A stretch of DNA of 63,623 bases from Chiloscyllium plagiosum (lineage: Eukaryota): positions 3,571,320 to 3,634,942 of the forward strand of contig NC_057750.1 in NCBI RefSeq assembly GCF_004010195.1. Reading direction: 5' to 3'. The notes below the pieces were generated by a model. It did no database searches. It saw only the letters and a program-made list of their open reading frames with translations, and was not told where the DNA came from. A program made the translations under genes and the position numbers. Below, piece by piece: positions 22,699 through 36,081 of the stretch; position 1 is the stretch's first letter, and each line of letters opens with the position of its first letter.

Positions 22699-24585
22699 AG
22701 AGTAGTAGAGTTATAGAAAGCTATGGTCCAACCAGTCCACACTGACCATGTTCCCAAAGTAAACTAGTCCCACCTGCCTGCGCTTGGCCTGTATCTCTCC
22801 AAGAATTTCTTATTCGTGAATTTATCCAAATGTCTCTTAAATGTTGTAACTGTACCTGCATCCACCACTTTCTCTGGCAGTTCATTCCACACAGAAATGA
22901 CTCTCTGTGTAAAAATGTTGCCCCTCATGTCCTTTTTAAATTTCTTCCGACCACCTTAAAAATGTACCACCTAGATTTGAATTTCCCCACCCTAGGGAAA
23001 ATATCCTTGTAATTCACATTGTCTATGCTCCTATGATTTTATAAACCTCAACAAGGCCAGCCCTCAACCTCCTACTCTCCAGATGAAAAAGTTCCGATCT
23101 TTCCAGTCTATTTTATGTCCTGGCAACATCCGGGTAAATCTTTTTTGAACCCTCTCTAGTTTAATAATATCCTTCCTATAACAAGGAGGCCAAAAATGTA
23201 CTTCAGAAGAGGCCTCTCCAATGTCTTGTACATCCTCAACAGAACGTCCCAACTCCAATATGCAATGGTCTAAGCAATGGTTGCAAGCATACTAAATGCC
23301 TTAACCACCATATCTATGTATGATGCAAATTTCAAAGAATTATTTACTTGAACCCCTAGATCGCTTTGTTCTACAACAATATCCAGGGCCTTAGCATTAA
23401 TTGTATAAATCCTGTGTTTGTTTGTTTTATCAAAATGCAATACCTCGCATTTATCCAAATGAAACTCCATCTGCCATTCCTCAGCCCATTAATCCAATTG
23501 ATCAAGATGTCTTTGTAAATTAGATAACCTTGTTTACTTTCACTATACCACTGATTTTAGTGTCATCTGCAAACATACAAACCATGCCTCTTATATTTTC
23601 ATCCAGATCATTCATATAAATAACAAGCAAAAGTAGACCTAGTTCCGATCTCTGAGGCGCATTGCTGGTCTCAAGCCTCCAGTTCGAAAAGCGTCACTCC
23701 ACATCACCCTCTGTCTCCTAACATAAAGGCAATTTTATTTCCAACTGGCAAGCTCATCCTAAATTCCATGTGATCTAACTTTACTAATTAGTCTACAAAA
23801 GTCCAAGTAAACAAAGTCTATCGCTCTGCTCTCATCAATTTTTCTGGTTACTTCATTAAAAAACTTAATCAAGTTTGTGAAACACAATTTTTCTTGTACA
23901 AAATGTTGACTATCCTTAATCAGTCCTTGCCTCTCCAAATGCATGTAAGTCCTATTTTTCAGAATCACCTCAAACATCTTACCCACCACCAATGTCAGAC
24001 TCACAGATCTATAGTTTCCAGGCTTCTCCTTACAGTCTTACTTAAACAATGGCACAACATTAGATACCCTCCAATCCTCTTGTACTTCACCCATGTTTAT
24101 AGATGATACAAATATTTTTCTGGTTTTCTCCCTAACATCCCACAACGTCCTGGGGAATATTTGATCATGTCCTGGAGATTTATCTACCTTTATGTTTTCT
24201 AGGACCTCCAGATCTTCCTCTTCTGTAATGTGAACTGTTTTCAAAACTTCAGTATTTATTTCCCTGAGGTCTGTAGCCTCCATTTCTTTCTCAACAGTGA
24301 AAACTGACAGGAAATATTCATTTAATATCTCTTCCATCTCCTGAGGTTCAACACAAAGATAACCTTGTTGATCTTGAAGTTGTCCTACTCTCTCTCTATT
24401 TACTCTGTTACTCTTATTGTATTTGTAGAATCTTTTTGGTTTATCTTTTTCTGCCAAGGCTTTCTAATTTCTCCTCTGCCATTCCTGACTTCCTCTTTAC
24501 CAATGCCTTCTACACTCTTCATATTCTTCAAAGATCCGGTTGATCCCAGTTGTCTATACCTAATGTATCATTCTTTTTTTCTTAT
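22699..24585 (-). mobile_element. HER1/CR1 LINE, 5'-truncated, decayed
   Basis: ORFs 24038-24457 (PKRFYKY, DKSPG), 23759-24004, 23270-23470 and 23064-23258; HER1-type tail. Confidence 0.9.
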
Positions 24586-24949
24586 TATGCTAAAGTTGCT
24601 ACCTAAGTACAAGCTGTTTGTGAGATATCAGCCCATTAAATTCCTGCAGTATTTTAGGGAAGTTATCGATCCCATTTCAAATTACTGGGTTGGCACCTCC
24701 AAATAGCCAAGTGAGGAACTATCTCTGACCTATGGTACACTTCATGCACGATTGGTTCCTGTGGCTTCAGTTCCAGATCCCACACCATGAAATTATTTCT
24801 CACCTCTCCAGTTCAATATCCTTCTTTTATACCATTCTTCAAACTCATCTCTAAACAAGCTTAAATCATCATAATCATATTTCTTTCTTTGCCTCAATAT
24901 CCATTTCATTTATGTGAAGCACCTTGAGACGTTTTTCCACATTAAAGCA

Positions 24950-25240
24950 TACTGTATAATATCCATCAAAACCTAAAATCATCTCAAAGCACTTTACTAT
25001 CAATGAAATGTTTCTGAAGTGTGCAACTGTTGTAGTAACATAAATGTGGAAGCCAATCTGTATGCACCAAGATTCCATAAACAGTGATGTGAGAATGACC
25101 ACTTTGTTTGTGAAGATAGTTGGGATAACTATTGTCCAGAGCGCCAAGTGGATTCCCTTGATCCAGTTGATAAGGCCTCAGTTTAAAGTCGAGTTTGAAA
25201 GATAGCTGCTCTGAGAAGGGTCTCTCTTTGAATGTCATTT
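24950..25240 (-). mobile_element. Deu-domain SINE relic (SacSINE1/AmnSINE1-like)
   Basis: Minus strand: CTTTCAAACTCGACTTTAAACTGAGGCC...ATCACTGTTTATGGAATCTTGGTGCATACAGATTGGCT...AAAGTGCTTTGAGATG. Confidence 0.6.
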
Positions 25241-25332
25241 CATGACAGACTTTGTTGGTGTTGCCTTGAGAAATGTCTTGTTGAGCCAGCTGATCTTAAA
25301 AAGTTGATTGACCTGAATGAATACAGTTAAAC

Positions 25333-25530
25333 GGTCATAGAGAAGTACAACATGGAAACAGACTGTTCAGTCCAACTTGTACATGCCGACCAGATATCCT
25401 AAATTAATCTAGTTCTATTCGCCAGCATTTAGATATGCCTCCAAAACCTTCCTAGTCATATACCTATCCAGATGCCTTTTAAATGTTGTAATTGTAACAG
25501 CCTCCACAACACCTATGGCCATTGTTCCAT
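25333..25530 (-). mobile_element. HER1 3' tail fragment
   Basis: Matches the HER1 tail at ~7017-7220. Confidence 0.82.
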
Positions 25531-25927
25531 AAAGTTGGAAAACTGACTAACTGTATTGATGATAAGTCAGCTTCCTCTTGTCAGAATCGGTATCTGTGCT
25601 AAGCTATAACAGCTGACCAACTGGATTGTGCTCATTAAGGATGCATTAGATTGTGTGAGCAAAGTCAACATGGATCAAGGCAGACTGGTGACTGTAAATC
25701 TCACTTGAAAAAGCACTTTGGCAAAAAAAAGAGAGACAATTCAGCCCAGTACATCAACATTCTATTTGATAAACCTTTAGTGGGTAGGAGTCAACCATCT
25801 GCATGAATTAATGTTCATTGTGAAGCAGTGTTTTGATCAGAGATGCTACTTAAAGTTAAAATCATGACAAAGCATTAACAATCTTGGATACACTGTGTAA
25901 ACAATTGGTTTGCTATTTTCACATTTA

Positions 25928-26135
25928 GGAGAAAGTGAGATCTGCAGATGCTGGAGATCAGAGCTGAAAATGTGTTGCTGGAAAAGCGCAGCAGGTCAGG
26001 CAGCATCCAGGGAACAGGAGAATCGACGTTTCGGGCATAAGCCCTTCTTCAGGAAGGGCTTATGCCCGAAACGTCGATTCTCCTGTTCCCTGGATGCTGC
26101 CTGACCTGCTGCGCTTTTCCAGCAACACATTTTCA
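25928..26135. mobile_element. Fold-back mini-PLE (family 1), very young
   Basis: Perfect 86-bp inverted repeat (25962-26047 / 26053-26138) and a 16-bp TSD GCTATTTTCACATTTA (25912-25927, 26136-26151). Confidence 0.92.
26025..26052 (-). ncRNA. Minimal hammerhead ribozyme core
   Basis: Reverse complement reads CTGAAGAAGGGCTTATGCCCGAAACGTC, identical to 880-907. Confidence 0.7.
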
Positions 26136-27904
26136 GCTATTTTCACATTTAACCTTCTATAAATTGGTCCAAAATTATTTAACATTTAAACAAGAGTACA
26201 AGTCTAAGACAGGATCAATAATACTGAACAGGAGAAGACTTTTCTTAATAAATACAAGGTCCATTTCTTTGACCCATGCATTTGACCATAAGCACCAATG
26301 GGAAAAGATGCCTGCAAAGGTATTTGAAATTTTAAAAATAAATTGAAAATAAAAAATTTAAATTCATTCATTGATATTTTAAAACATAGTGCATTACCAC
26401 AGAAACAAATGAATACTTCCAGTAAAAAACATGAACTCAGCAAATTTATTCCATGATTGTAAGTCCTACCAGGAAATAAATAATTTATATTTATTTAGCT
26501 CATCCGTATCTCTCAGGATTTCCCAAAACACTTCTCATACTATTGATTATCTTTGAACTGCAGTTAGTCCCCTTTATATCAGTCAATGTTGCAGCAAAGG
26601 TGCCAAACAAGATTCTATGAAAATTAATTACATTAATTAATCTATTAGAAAATCAAGCAACTTTCTGTTCAGACCCACATCGAAGACAGCTAATCTTCAA
26701 TAGCCTCTTTACTATGTTGAACAAACTGAACTCAGAATTCCAAGATGAAATAATTTTGAAACTCAGCTAAGTATTTGTAATGACATAACCATAACCCTTG
26801 GAGAAATGTTAACAAATAGCTCCATTTAATGTGCACAATCGTTACTCTTTTTGCCAGGCTATGCCCATCCATCAAAGCAATCAGCTGTTGGCTTTTTAAA
26901 ATCTCGCTGTCAGCTGCAGCCTGTTTGTTCCTCAGATTTCATTGTAGTGGTAACGCTACTATCAACAGATAGTAGTGCCAATAAGGGCCCACATTTAAAT
27001 TCCTGGTCTATATTAAGGTAACAACTCCTGGCAGGATCAGCAGCTGGCTTTGTTGGAATCAGTCGGAGAGATGTTAGTGAGACCTTGACTAAGAGTAATT
27101 AGGCTTATAAAAATATGTTCCCCTGACTAAGGTAATCAAGATAATAGGTTTAAAAAGGAATTGGATTAATACTTTAAGGGAATAAATTTGCAAGGTTAGG
27201 CAAAGAGTAGGAGAGGAAACCTATAGAATAGGCTTTGCAAAGTGCTGGCACATATAATACAGCTGCCTTTCTCTTGTATTTTAACATTCCACAAATAGCA
27301 CTTACTAGAAAAATGCAAGATGCACTCAGTTCCTTTAAAAGAGATGGGAAGAGAATTGTTGTAGATTATAGATGAGAACAAAATGAACCAAAATCGTGAC
27401 TAGGTTCTGACCCTCATCCACAGAGAAGGACTTATTCACAGCCAGTACATCCACATAAACCTCGGCATATTGTCAGCAAGGATGAATTTACAAGTTGCCT
27501 GAAGCTTCATCTCCTCCTCCATTCCTCAAATGCTGTTTGAGTTGTAAAACTGTGTTTATTCTCAGGGGCACCATGGATAACCTACATACCTGATGTAATG
27601 AATCACAGCCATGAAATTAAAAACAATAATTCACTGCAACAAATTTGTATTTAGTATATGTCCTATGCTCAAAATTCCCTTCAAGAATTTCCCCACTTTG
27701 GGGAATTCGCCTGCAAGTTGTGGGTATGCCTCTGGTCTTACCAGTGGCTGGTTTTCATTTAAGCTTTAATGACCTGTAGTACTTTATCTATCCTTGCATT
27801 TCTGAGAATAACTTCTAACTTTATTAATCTTTGGCCATCACCCATGTCTTCACCCACCTACAATGGCTTCTAGTCACTCAGCATCTCAAATTAGCAAATT
27901 AGCC

Positions 27905-28042
27905 AGTTCTGACGAAGAGTTACTGGACTCAAAATGTTAACTCCGTTTTTCCCTCTGCAGATGCTGCCAGAACTGCTGAGCTTCTCCAGTATTTCCTGTT
28001 AAAGTTTCAGATCTTCAGCGCCCACAGTTCTTCATTTTATTT
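27905..28042 (+). mobile_element. Old PLE pLTR (family 3) with decayed hammerhead
   Basis: CTGACGA-A-GAGTT ACTG GACTC-AAAATGTT, then CAGATGCTGCCAGAACTGCTGAG; homologous to 45186-45320. Confidence 0.7.
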
Positions 28043-29179
28043 TACCTCAAATTATTATCCTTGTTTTTAAATCTCTCCATGTCCTTATTGTTTGCTGTAA
28101 TTTTCTCCAGCTCTATCAATTTCTCATACCTCATTCCCTTCAATGCCACTACCTTCATTTGACTCCACCGTCACATGTGCCGTGACCCTCCACCTCCCTC
28201 ATCATTTGCATCTCTGCCTTAATTCAACTATCTAGGCCCTCTATGCGGGAATTTATTTCATAACAGGCCTGGTCGTCTCGGTACAAAAATGATCTTGCTG
28301 TTATTGAAAAATGCATAAGAGAGCAATTTTTTAAAAAAAAGTTTGTGAGTTAACTGCTGTTGCTGCTCCAGGTTTACATTAAATCTACAAAACAAATGAC
28401 TGGAAATGTTATTCAAGGTTAATCAAAAATTATAAATGTTTAAAACCTTGGCTGATGCTAATTCAATTTGGCTCTTCTGAGGCATTTTTGATCCTCTGGA
28501 ACATTTTCAGGTGGCAGCTCTATCGATGTGTAAACCTTTTACCTATAAATAAGAATATTTGGTTTATAAAGATTGAGAACTACCCACTATTATTTTGTTT
28601 CATTTCTCTTGAGTTTTTTTTTGAAAGAAGAACTTCCCAAACCACCTGCAAACCATTTTGTTGCAATCTGGGCTGAATAAAAAGCATTTTTCTTTTCTCT
28701 CCAATTTTCAGTACTTGCCAAGAACCCTTGAGATTGTCGTGGTACTAATGAACTCACTGACTGTCTGGCGCCCGTGTTTTCATGAATGTTTACACATTGC
28801 ATTTGTTAAAATTCCTCAGTGTGTGTGTGTGCACTTCACTGGGATTAACATGTGACTATGTGTACATATGTCTGTCCCGATAATTTTGTGAATCTATTAT
28901 GTTTGTCGTGTGTGGAGTTCTCTGTAGGCTTTCCAATGTAAGTACATGTCATTATGTCTATGCAGTCTTTGTAACATGTGTCTTCAGTGAAAGTCTTTCT
29001 TCCCCTTAAAAGCTGTTAAGTCTTTGGACAAGATTAGTAAATGGAGTTGGCATACAAATCACCCATGATCTAACAATGGCAGAACAGATTGATGTACTGA
29101 ATGGTCTATTCCTACTCCAATAAATGACACTGCCTTACCTTTCATTAAATAGCACCATCAAACTTGTATACAGAGGCTC

Positions 29180-29640
29180 TGGTTTTTTTCTCAGCAGAGG
29201 AGATTTACAAGACAATTGGCAAAATGAAAATTGCAGCAATGAAGAAATATTGAATAAGCTAAGATTGTATTTCTAGATCAGAAGAAACTGAGTGGTAACT
29301 TAATTGAGGTGTACAAGATTATGAAGGACCTAGTTGAAGTAGACAGGAAAGACCTATTTTCCCTAATGGACAGGTCAGTTACCAAATGGCACAGATTCAA
29401 CGTGATTGATAGAAAGACTACAGAGAACAGGAGGGATTTTTTTTCATCCAGAGGCTGGAATATTGCCTAGCTTCTTGGTGGAGGAAGAAACATTCAACTC
29501 ATTTAAAAGGCACTTGAAGTAACATGCAGGTTAACTGACCAAATGCTGGAAGATGGGATTTTTTTTTTCTTTTTTGACCAGTCCCAGTGCAGCCACGATG
29601 GGATTAATGGCCTTTTTCTGTGCCATAACATGTCTGCAGT
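29180..29640 (+). mobile_element. Old CR1 3' fragment
   Basis: NLIEVYKIMK, VDRKDLFSL and a terminal ATGGCCTTTTTCTGTGC tail. Confidence 0.7.
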
Positions 29641-29762
29641 TTTAAATGTTTATTTCACCTCTAGCCTCGTAAACTTTCTCCTCTCTATTTAATGATCAGT
29701 ACTCCTTGGGATGTTCCACTCTTCTTCTAAAACTATAAAGACCCTTCCAGCATTTGTACTGT

Positions 29763-29942
29763 TGTAGTGATTGGCATAAGGTCATCCAGGTAGACCTCAT
29801 AGAATATGAGATTGGGGCTGTTAATCTGATCTAATTAGGGAGCCTTGGCTGACAGATATAAACAGGAGTGTCAGGGTTCTGTTCACTCTAGGAGACGACT
29901 CTGAGCTAGCTGGGTCAGTGTCTTGTACTTTGACCACATGTA
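29763..29942 (+). repeat. Partial short solo LTR (same family as 43495-43729)
   Basis: Starts TGTAGT; shares GACCTCATAGAATATGAG, GGGCTGTTAATCTG and a TATAAA box with the reverse complement of 43495-43729. Confidence 0.65.
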
Positions 29943-30908
29943 GTGTCACCTACATTTTGACTTGTCTTCTCATCTACCTTCCTCATGGATTGAAGAAAAC
30001 AGGTCACCTATCTAAAACCAATAGTTTTATACTAACTTCATTCAACAATTAAATAATTTCTGGATGTTTGCCTCTTTTACCTTACTTGGAAGTCCATTTC
30101 ACATTTTTTTGTGAAGAGGAGCATCCCAATACCAAATTGAGATCTGATTTTCTCCACATTGGGCTGTATTTCTTTTTGTTCAAAGGTCACCACATAAATT
30201 GAAGATCCATTTTGGATGTGGTAAGGGTTTTCCATGAAAATTTCTTGTCAATGTACAAAACTATATATATACTAGGCTCCATACATGTTCCAGAATGGTT
30301 AAAATCAAAAGAAAGCAGAAATGGAACTGTATCAAATGAACATTGATTGACCGTCCATAATGTAATAAGAACATCTGAAGTTTGGCAATGAGTTTCAGGC
30401 AGTGTTTCAATCTAAATATCCTGTTGATTTTCATAAATAGTTATAATCAAAGCCACTTGAATTTCTGGCGGCTAACTCACTGCCTTGTATGAAATCACAT
30501 TCCAGTTATGTTATCTAGAACCATGATATCACACTGACACAAGTCTTAAATCACCATAGCCTGACTCAGCTTGTTATCATACCACTTTGAGATGTGTGGT
30601 GTGCATTACTGTCCATGTTGATGATATGAATGTTAATATATTTCCCTTCTTCGAAATTGTTGATTAATGTAGTTACAGTGCCATGGAAGCCCTAGTCTTT
30701 CTCCAAGTGGACCATTCATCCAGGGTCATTTCATCCAAGGGTGTTAAAAGGACTAGTTAGTGAGATAGTTGATACATTGTTTTAAATTTTCAAAAGTCAT
30801 CAGATTCAGGGAAGATTTCTTTAGTTTGGAAAATATCTTATATAACCCCTGTATTCAAAAAGGCAAGAAGATAGAAAGCAGGAAACTATAGTCATTTAGC
30901 TTAACATC

Positions 30909-31219
30909 TAGAATCCCTACAGTGTGGAAGCAGGCTATTCAGCCCATCGAGTTCACACCAACCCTCCAAAGAGCATCCAACCCAGACTCACCCTATCCCT
31001 GTAACCCTGAATTTCCACAGCTGATCCATCTAGCCTGCATATCCCTGGATACTATGAGAAATTTAGCTTTGCCAATCTACCTGTGGGATGTAACTATGGT
31101 ACCCGGAGGAAACCCAGACTCAGGCAAACTCCACAGAGACATTGCCCTAGGCTGGACTCAAACCCAGGTCCCTGGCACTGTGAGGAAGCAGTGCTAACCA
31201 CTGTGCCACCATGCCACCC
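30909..31219 (-). mobile_element. HE1-type SINE (long subfamily, decayed)
   Basis: Head GGGTGGCATGGTGGCACAGTGGTTAGCAC and ATTCTA tail; ATCT on both flanks. Confidence 0.85.
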
Positions 31220-31455
31220 CTATCTGTCATAGGGAAAATGTTAGAAGCTATAATTAAGTTTGTCCTAACTGGGCTTTTGAATAAGTTCAAGGTAATCAGG
31301 CAAAATCAACATAGTTTTGCCAAAAGGAAGTAATGTTTAACTAATTCATTGGAGTTCTTTGAAGAAGTATTTTATGCTGTGGATAAAGGGAACCAGTGGA
31401 AGTCTTGTATTTGGATTTTGAGAAGGAATTTGAGAAGGTACCACATAAGAAGTTC

Positions 31456-31836
31456 TAGGGTCATGGAGTAATATAGCATGGAAACAAGCCTTCTGGTCCA
31501 AACTGGTCCATGCTGAGCATGGTGCCCACACATCTAGTTCCAATTACACTCATTTGGTCCATATCCCTCTAAACCTTTCCCATCCATGTACCTATCCAAA
31601 TGTTTTTTAAATGTTGCTATTGTACCTGTTTCAACCACTTTCTCTAGCAGCCTATTCCATATATGCACCACTCTTTGTGTGAAGAAGTTGCCCCTCAGGT
31701 CCTTCTTAAATCTTTCCCTTCTCACCTTAAATCTATGCCCTCTAGTTTTCAATTCCCATCCCTGGGAAAAGGACTATATGTATTCATCCTATTTATGCCC
31801 TTCATAATTTTATACACCTCAATAAGGCCACCCATC
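31456..31836 (-). mobile_element. HER1 3' fragment
   Basis: ORF 31534-31752 (TRGHRFKV, FFTQRVVHIWN) plus tail. Confidence 0.88.
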
Positions 31837-33183
31837 AGTTATTGCAGAATAGAAAATCTTATGGTATTGGCAATAGCATAATGGCAAGGATAGAAGATTG
31901 GCTGGCTAACAGGAAGCCAGAGAATAAATAGGTCTTTTTTCAAGCTGGCTGTACATCATAAGTAATGTACCACAGGGGTAGGTGCTGGGGCCTCAACTCT
32001 TTATAATTTATATAAATGAATTTGATGAAGGGAACGAAGTTGGTAGCTAAATTTGCTGATGACACAGAGATAGGTAATAAAGTGAGTCATGAAGAGAACA
32101 TAAGGAGCCTATAAAGAAATATAGATAGGTTAAGTGAGTAGGCTAAGATCTGGCAAATGGAGTATAATGTAGGAAAGTGTGAAATTGTCTATTTGACAGA
32201 AAGAATAAAAAAAAGCATATTATCCAAATGGTGAGAGGTTGCAGAGCTCTGAATTGCAGATAGATCTGAGTATCCTAGTGCATGAATTGCAAGGTTAGTA
32301 TGCAGGTACAGCAAGTAATCAGGAATGCTAATAGCATGTTTTGTTTCATTGCATGGGGGATTCGGTTACAGCGGAGGTAGATTCCTCTAATGAGAAAGGT
32401 AGTAAGAACAAATCCAAAATTCTCTGGATGATACCCAGGGTAGAACTGGGAAGCAGATGACATTAAGCTGAAAAGAAATTGTAAAATGTGAGGACTGTGC
32501 GGAACTCCAAAAGGCCATTGAAAAGTTGGTGGAGTGGGCAGATAAGTATCAGATAATATTCAATGAAGTTTGAATTAATGCACTTTAGTCAGAAGGACAT
32601 TGAAAAATGATATAAAGTAGGGGGTACAATTCTAAAGGGGATGCAGGAGCAGAGGAACTGTGTTGAATAAAAAATCTTATTCCAAGGACTCTTGACTACT
32701 TCATGCAGCACTAATCAGTCCTACAGATGGCTATGTGACACAAGAAATGGCTTGTGGCTTTGAAAGATTCTCCCTCTGTCTCAAAATAGCAATAACCTTC
32801 CAAGGTCCCATCATCTGCACAGCATGCAGGAGCTGCTCCCCTCAAAGCAGAAGCTGACAGACATTGAGATAAATGGACCGGACACCACCCCCCAGGTAGG
32901 TAGAGCCACACCTCAGGTGAAAGCTCAGTGTCCTGCAAGCAATTAGTGCACTAAAATAGAAGGGAGAGTGTCAGTGATGCAGGGAGGAGGGGTTTAAAGG
33001 TAGGAATGAGACAATGGAGGCTGTGTTGGGATCCAGGGGGTGCAAGTCAGGGGTGTGGGTGAATGGAGTAGCCCAAAGTTAGGGAGAAGGACCTGGGAGG
33101 ACCAACATGTGAGATGGAGAGGTCCACAGCAGATCTTTGGATGTCGCACTGTCTTAGTACAGAGGGGCATAGGATAGGTGGTG

Positions 33184-33311
33184 CAAAGTGAGGATTGCAG
33201 ATGCTGGAGATCAGAGTTAAGAGTGTGGTGCTGGAAAAGCACAGCTGGTCAGGCAGCATCCGAGGGGCATTAGAGTCAACATTTCAAGCATAAGCTCTTC
33301 ATCAGGAATGA
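33184..33311 (-). mobile_element. PLE pLTR 3' end (family 1), single arm, decayed hammerhead
   Basis: Minus strand reads CATTCCTGATGAAGAGCTTATGCTTGAAATGTTGAC... through the TCTCCAGCATCTGCAATCCTCACTTTG tail. Confidence 0.8.
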
Positions 33312-33651
33312 GCCTCACTGTTTGCTTCACGACATTTCAGAGCTTCCTGCATTGAGCTCATCTCTCAGAGTGAGCAGCTCAAATTCTTCTGACAATTTCT
33401 CAGCACAGTCCCTGCCTCAACACAGGATCTTCTGTTGAGAACACAAACCTATTCACTCCCAGAAGTACATATCAACATTAAACAGTTCATACCTAGAGTC
33501 AGTGCCCAACACAAATCTGTTTGCACCCAGTTTAAGTGCCCAAATTAAATTCACAAACCCGTTCATTTCTAGTTGCTGTAAGTAACTTATTCAGCGACAT
33601 TACATGATCAATGAGCTTAATGCTTCATATTTACAGTGAAGAGAAAAAGAC

Positions 33652-33770
33652 CTGGGGCAGGTACAATACAGTGAATGAAACAGGAACCATCATACTGTCC
33701 CCATCAAACACTTCCAGGACAGGCATGACATGGGATTAGATACAGAGTAAAGCTCCTTCTATGCTGTCTG
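33652..33770. repeat. About 1.5 units of a common chondrichthyan ~66-bp repeat
   Basis: CTGTCCCCATCAAACACTTCCAGGACAGG...TTAGATACAGAGTAAAGCTCC; recognised from memory, not verified. Confidence 0.45.
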
Positions 33771-33859
33771 ATTGAACTTCTGGTGATCATTGACATTTTT
33801 GTTTCCTTGCTCACTACATTAAATGTTATTCAAATGTATCTCTATTTACTGCAACTGCT

Positions 33860-34530
33860 GAATGATCACATTACTGAGGAGCTGCGTTTGTTTCTGATAT
33901 TGCCAACATAGACTTGTTGGAACCATTCTTAATAGATCGACACCTAGATGCTGCGGTCATTCCTGTGGATCCTGTACTAAGGAATGCTACACAAATGAGT
34001 GAGGAATATATGCTCCCACAAGCCCAGGACCACCATCAACCTTCAGCTGATGTGGAACCAATGACTACTGCAGAGCTTGCAACCACATGACGCAGCAAAG
34101 ATGCAGGGGAGCCAAAGTTACCCATCTTCCATGGAATTCCATGCAATCGGAGCGGGGTATTAGTGCTATGCTCTGTCCAGAGGCAGAGGTCAAAAGCCAT
34201 GCCATACTGTTCAATATTCCTGCAATGAAACGCTTCCTTAAACTTGAGATGACAAAGGATTTCATACACGCATCACGTTTCCATGCAGGTCAAGTCAGGT
34301 ACTTCATACTGGTTTTTGTACTGTACTATGTAGACAGAGGATGCCACTTCTTCAAACAACTGGAGGACTCACCGAGGCAACAGGATGGATGATGGGGATC
34401 GGTGAGAGCCACAACACTGTGATGCTGAAGATGTTTTTCTACGGAACAGCACCATCAGCATCTCACAATACAGCAGTGACGGCTGCAGCAGGCATGTACA
34501 ACTTTCTTGTGGACATCATTCAGTGTTCCC
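33860..34530 (+). pseudogene. Highly decayed PIF/Harbinger (HARBI1-type) transposase
   Basis: Colinear motifs across frameshifts: QSERG, KDFIHASRF...YFIL, RQQ/GWMMG (34383-34397), MLKMFF (34422-34439), QYSSDGCSRHVQLSCGHH (34466-34519). Confidence 0.55.
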
Positions 34531-34885
34531 AAGTAGCTAGAAGTCACCTGTTACTGACTGCAAACATTCTGATACTGCTGAGGCCAGCATTTCCTGTATG
34601 ATTCAACTACACGTGCAGCCCAATGCTTTGATCTTTCTTTGCAGTTCATTCTATTTAATAAACTTAAAGGATACAAATGGATGCAAGCCTTCACAACAAC
34701 CGGTGCTCTCTTATTCTATCCTGGCAAAGGTTCACTCTAGTGTGGGCAACATGGAGGGGATAGCTATCATTCAGACAGGCTGAAACATTGTATAGAGCTA
34801 AGGAAGGCTAACATCTGTAACTCCATTCTTGTAATTGCAACTAAAATAATATTTCTTCACATAATGAAAAATGAATATTTATTTT

Positions 34886-35221
34886 GGGTGGCATGGTGGC
34901 TCAGTGGTTAGCCCTGCTGCCTCACACCGCCAGGTCCCGGGTTCACTTCAAGCCTCGGGCGACCGTCTGTGTGGAATTTGCACATTCTCCTCGTGTCTGC
35001 ATGGGTTTCCTCCGGGTACTTCGGTTTCCTCCCACAATCCAAAGATGTGCAGGTTAGGTGAATTGGCTGTGCTAAATTGTTCACAATGTTCAAGGATGTG
35101 TACTTTGGGTGCATTAGTCAGGGGTTAAATGTAGGGGAATGGATCTGGTTAGATTACTGTTGGAAGGGTTGGTGTGGACTTGTTGGGCTGAAGGGCCTAT
35201 TTCCACACTAGGAATTCTATG
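34886..35221 (+). mobile_element. HE1-type SINE (long subfamily)
   Basis: GGGTGGCATGGTGGCTCAGTGGTTAGC head, V-domain and ATTCTATG tail. Confidence 0.9.
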
Positions 35222-35414
35222 AAATGTGACAAGGTATTTACAAGTGATTGTCTCCTGGGTACCTTGAGTGGAAGGAGCCTGCCCTATAATGGACACTGTT
35301 GACTTTGGCGTTTTGGTCAGGTGACCTTAGGGTTGTTGGTGGCTCGAGGACCCAGATATGCCAAATGTGACTTGTCCCGATACAGTTTTACACTCCTTGG
35401 CTTGACCTACCACA

Positions 35415-36081
35415 GGAGTGGAATGGAGTGCTGGAAAAGCACAGCAGGTCAGGCAGCATCCGAGGAGCAGGAGAATCAACGTTTTGCACAGGAGCCCTTC
35501 ATCAGGAATGAGGCTTGTGAGCTGAGGGGTTGGAGAGATAGATGAGAGGGGGGTGGGGCTGGGGGGAAGGTAGCTTGAGAGTGCGAAAGGTAGATGGAGG
35601 TGAGGGTAATGGTGATAGGTTGGAGAGGGTGGAGCTGGTAGGTGGGAAGGAAGATGGACAGGTCATGAGGGTGGTGCCAAGTTGGAAGGTTGGAACTGGG
35701 ATAAGGTGGAGAGAGGGGAAATGAGGAAACTGGTGAAATCTACATTGATGCTGCACATTGATTCCAACTTGCACCACCCTCATGACCTGTTCTACCTGTC
35801 CAACCTCCTTCCCACCTATCCGCTCCACCCTCCTCTCTGACTTATCACCATTACCCCAATCTCCATCTACCTATTGCACTCTCAGCTACCTTTCCCCCAG
35901 CCCCACCCTCCTCTCATTTATCTCTCCACCCCCTCAGCTCACAAGCCTCATTCGTGATGAAGGGTTTTTGCCCGAAAAATCAATTCTCCTGCTCCTGGGA
36001 TGCTGCTTGCCCTGCTGTGCTTTTCCAGCAACCCACTCTCGACTCTGAGCTCCAGCATCCGAAGTCCTTACTTTCTCCTCG
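35415..36081. mobile_element. Long fold-back PLE (family 1) with ~300-bp inverted arms
   Basis: Purine-rich left arm is the reverse complement of the pyrimidine-rich right arm. 13-bp TSD TTGACCTACCACA (35402-35414, 36082-36094). Both hammerheads are decayed. Confidence 0.88.

Larger units (their letters stand above)
30700..32660 (+). mobile_element. Old CR1 RT fragments with nested HE1 and HER1
   Basis: GNYSHL/LTS-VIGKMLE (split by the SINE), LEFFEEV, KFADD, WQMEYN; a second decayed block runs to ~32660. Confidence 0.78.

Noticed and set aside
25928..26138. Fold-back elements as DNA-transposon MITEs or miRNA genes
   Set aside because: The arms are asymmetric pLTR copies with long, variable TSDs and homology to a GIY-YIG PLE, not fixed TIRs with a short constant TSD; there is no evidence for a miRNA.
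33652..33770. Twister-like ribozyme or LF-SINE identity for the ~66-bp repeat
   Set aside because: I could not build the twister helices and pseudoknots, and the LF-SINE resemblance is only from memory.
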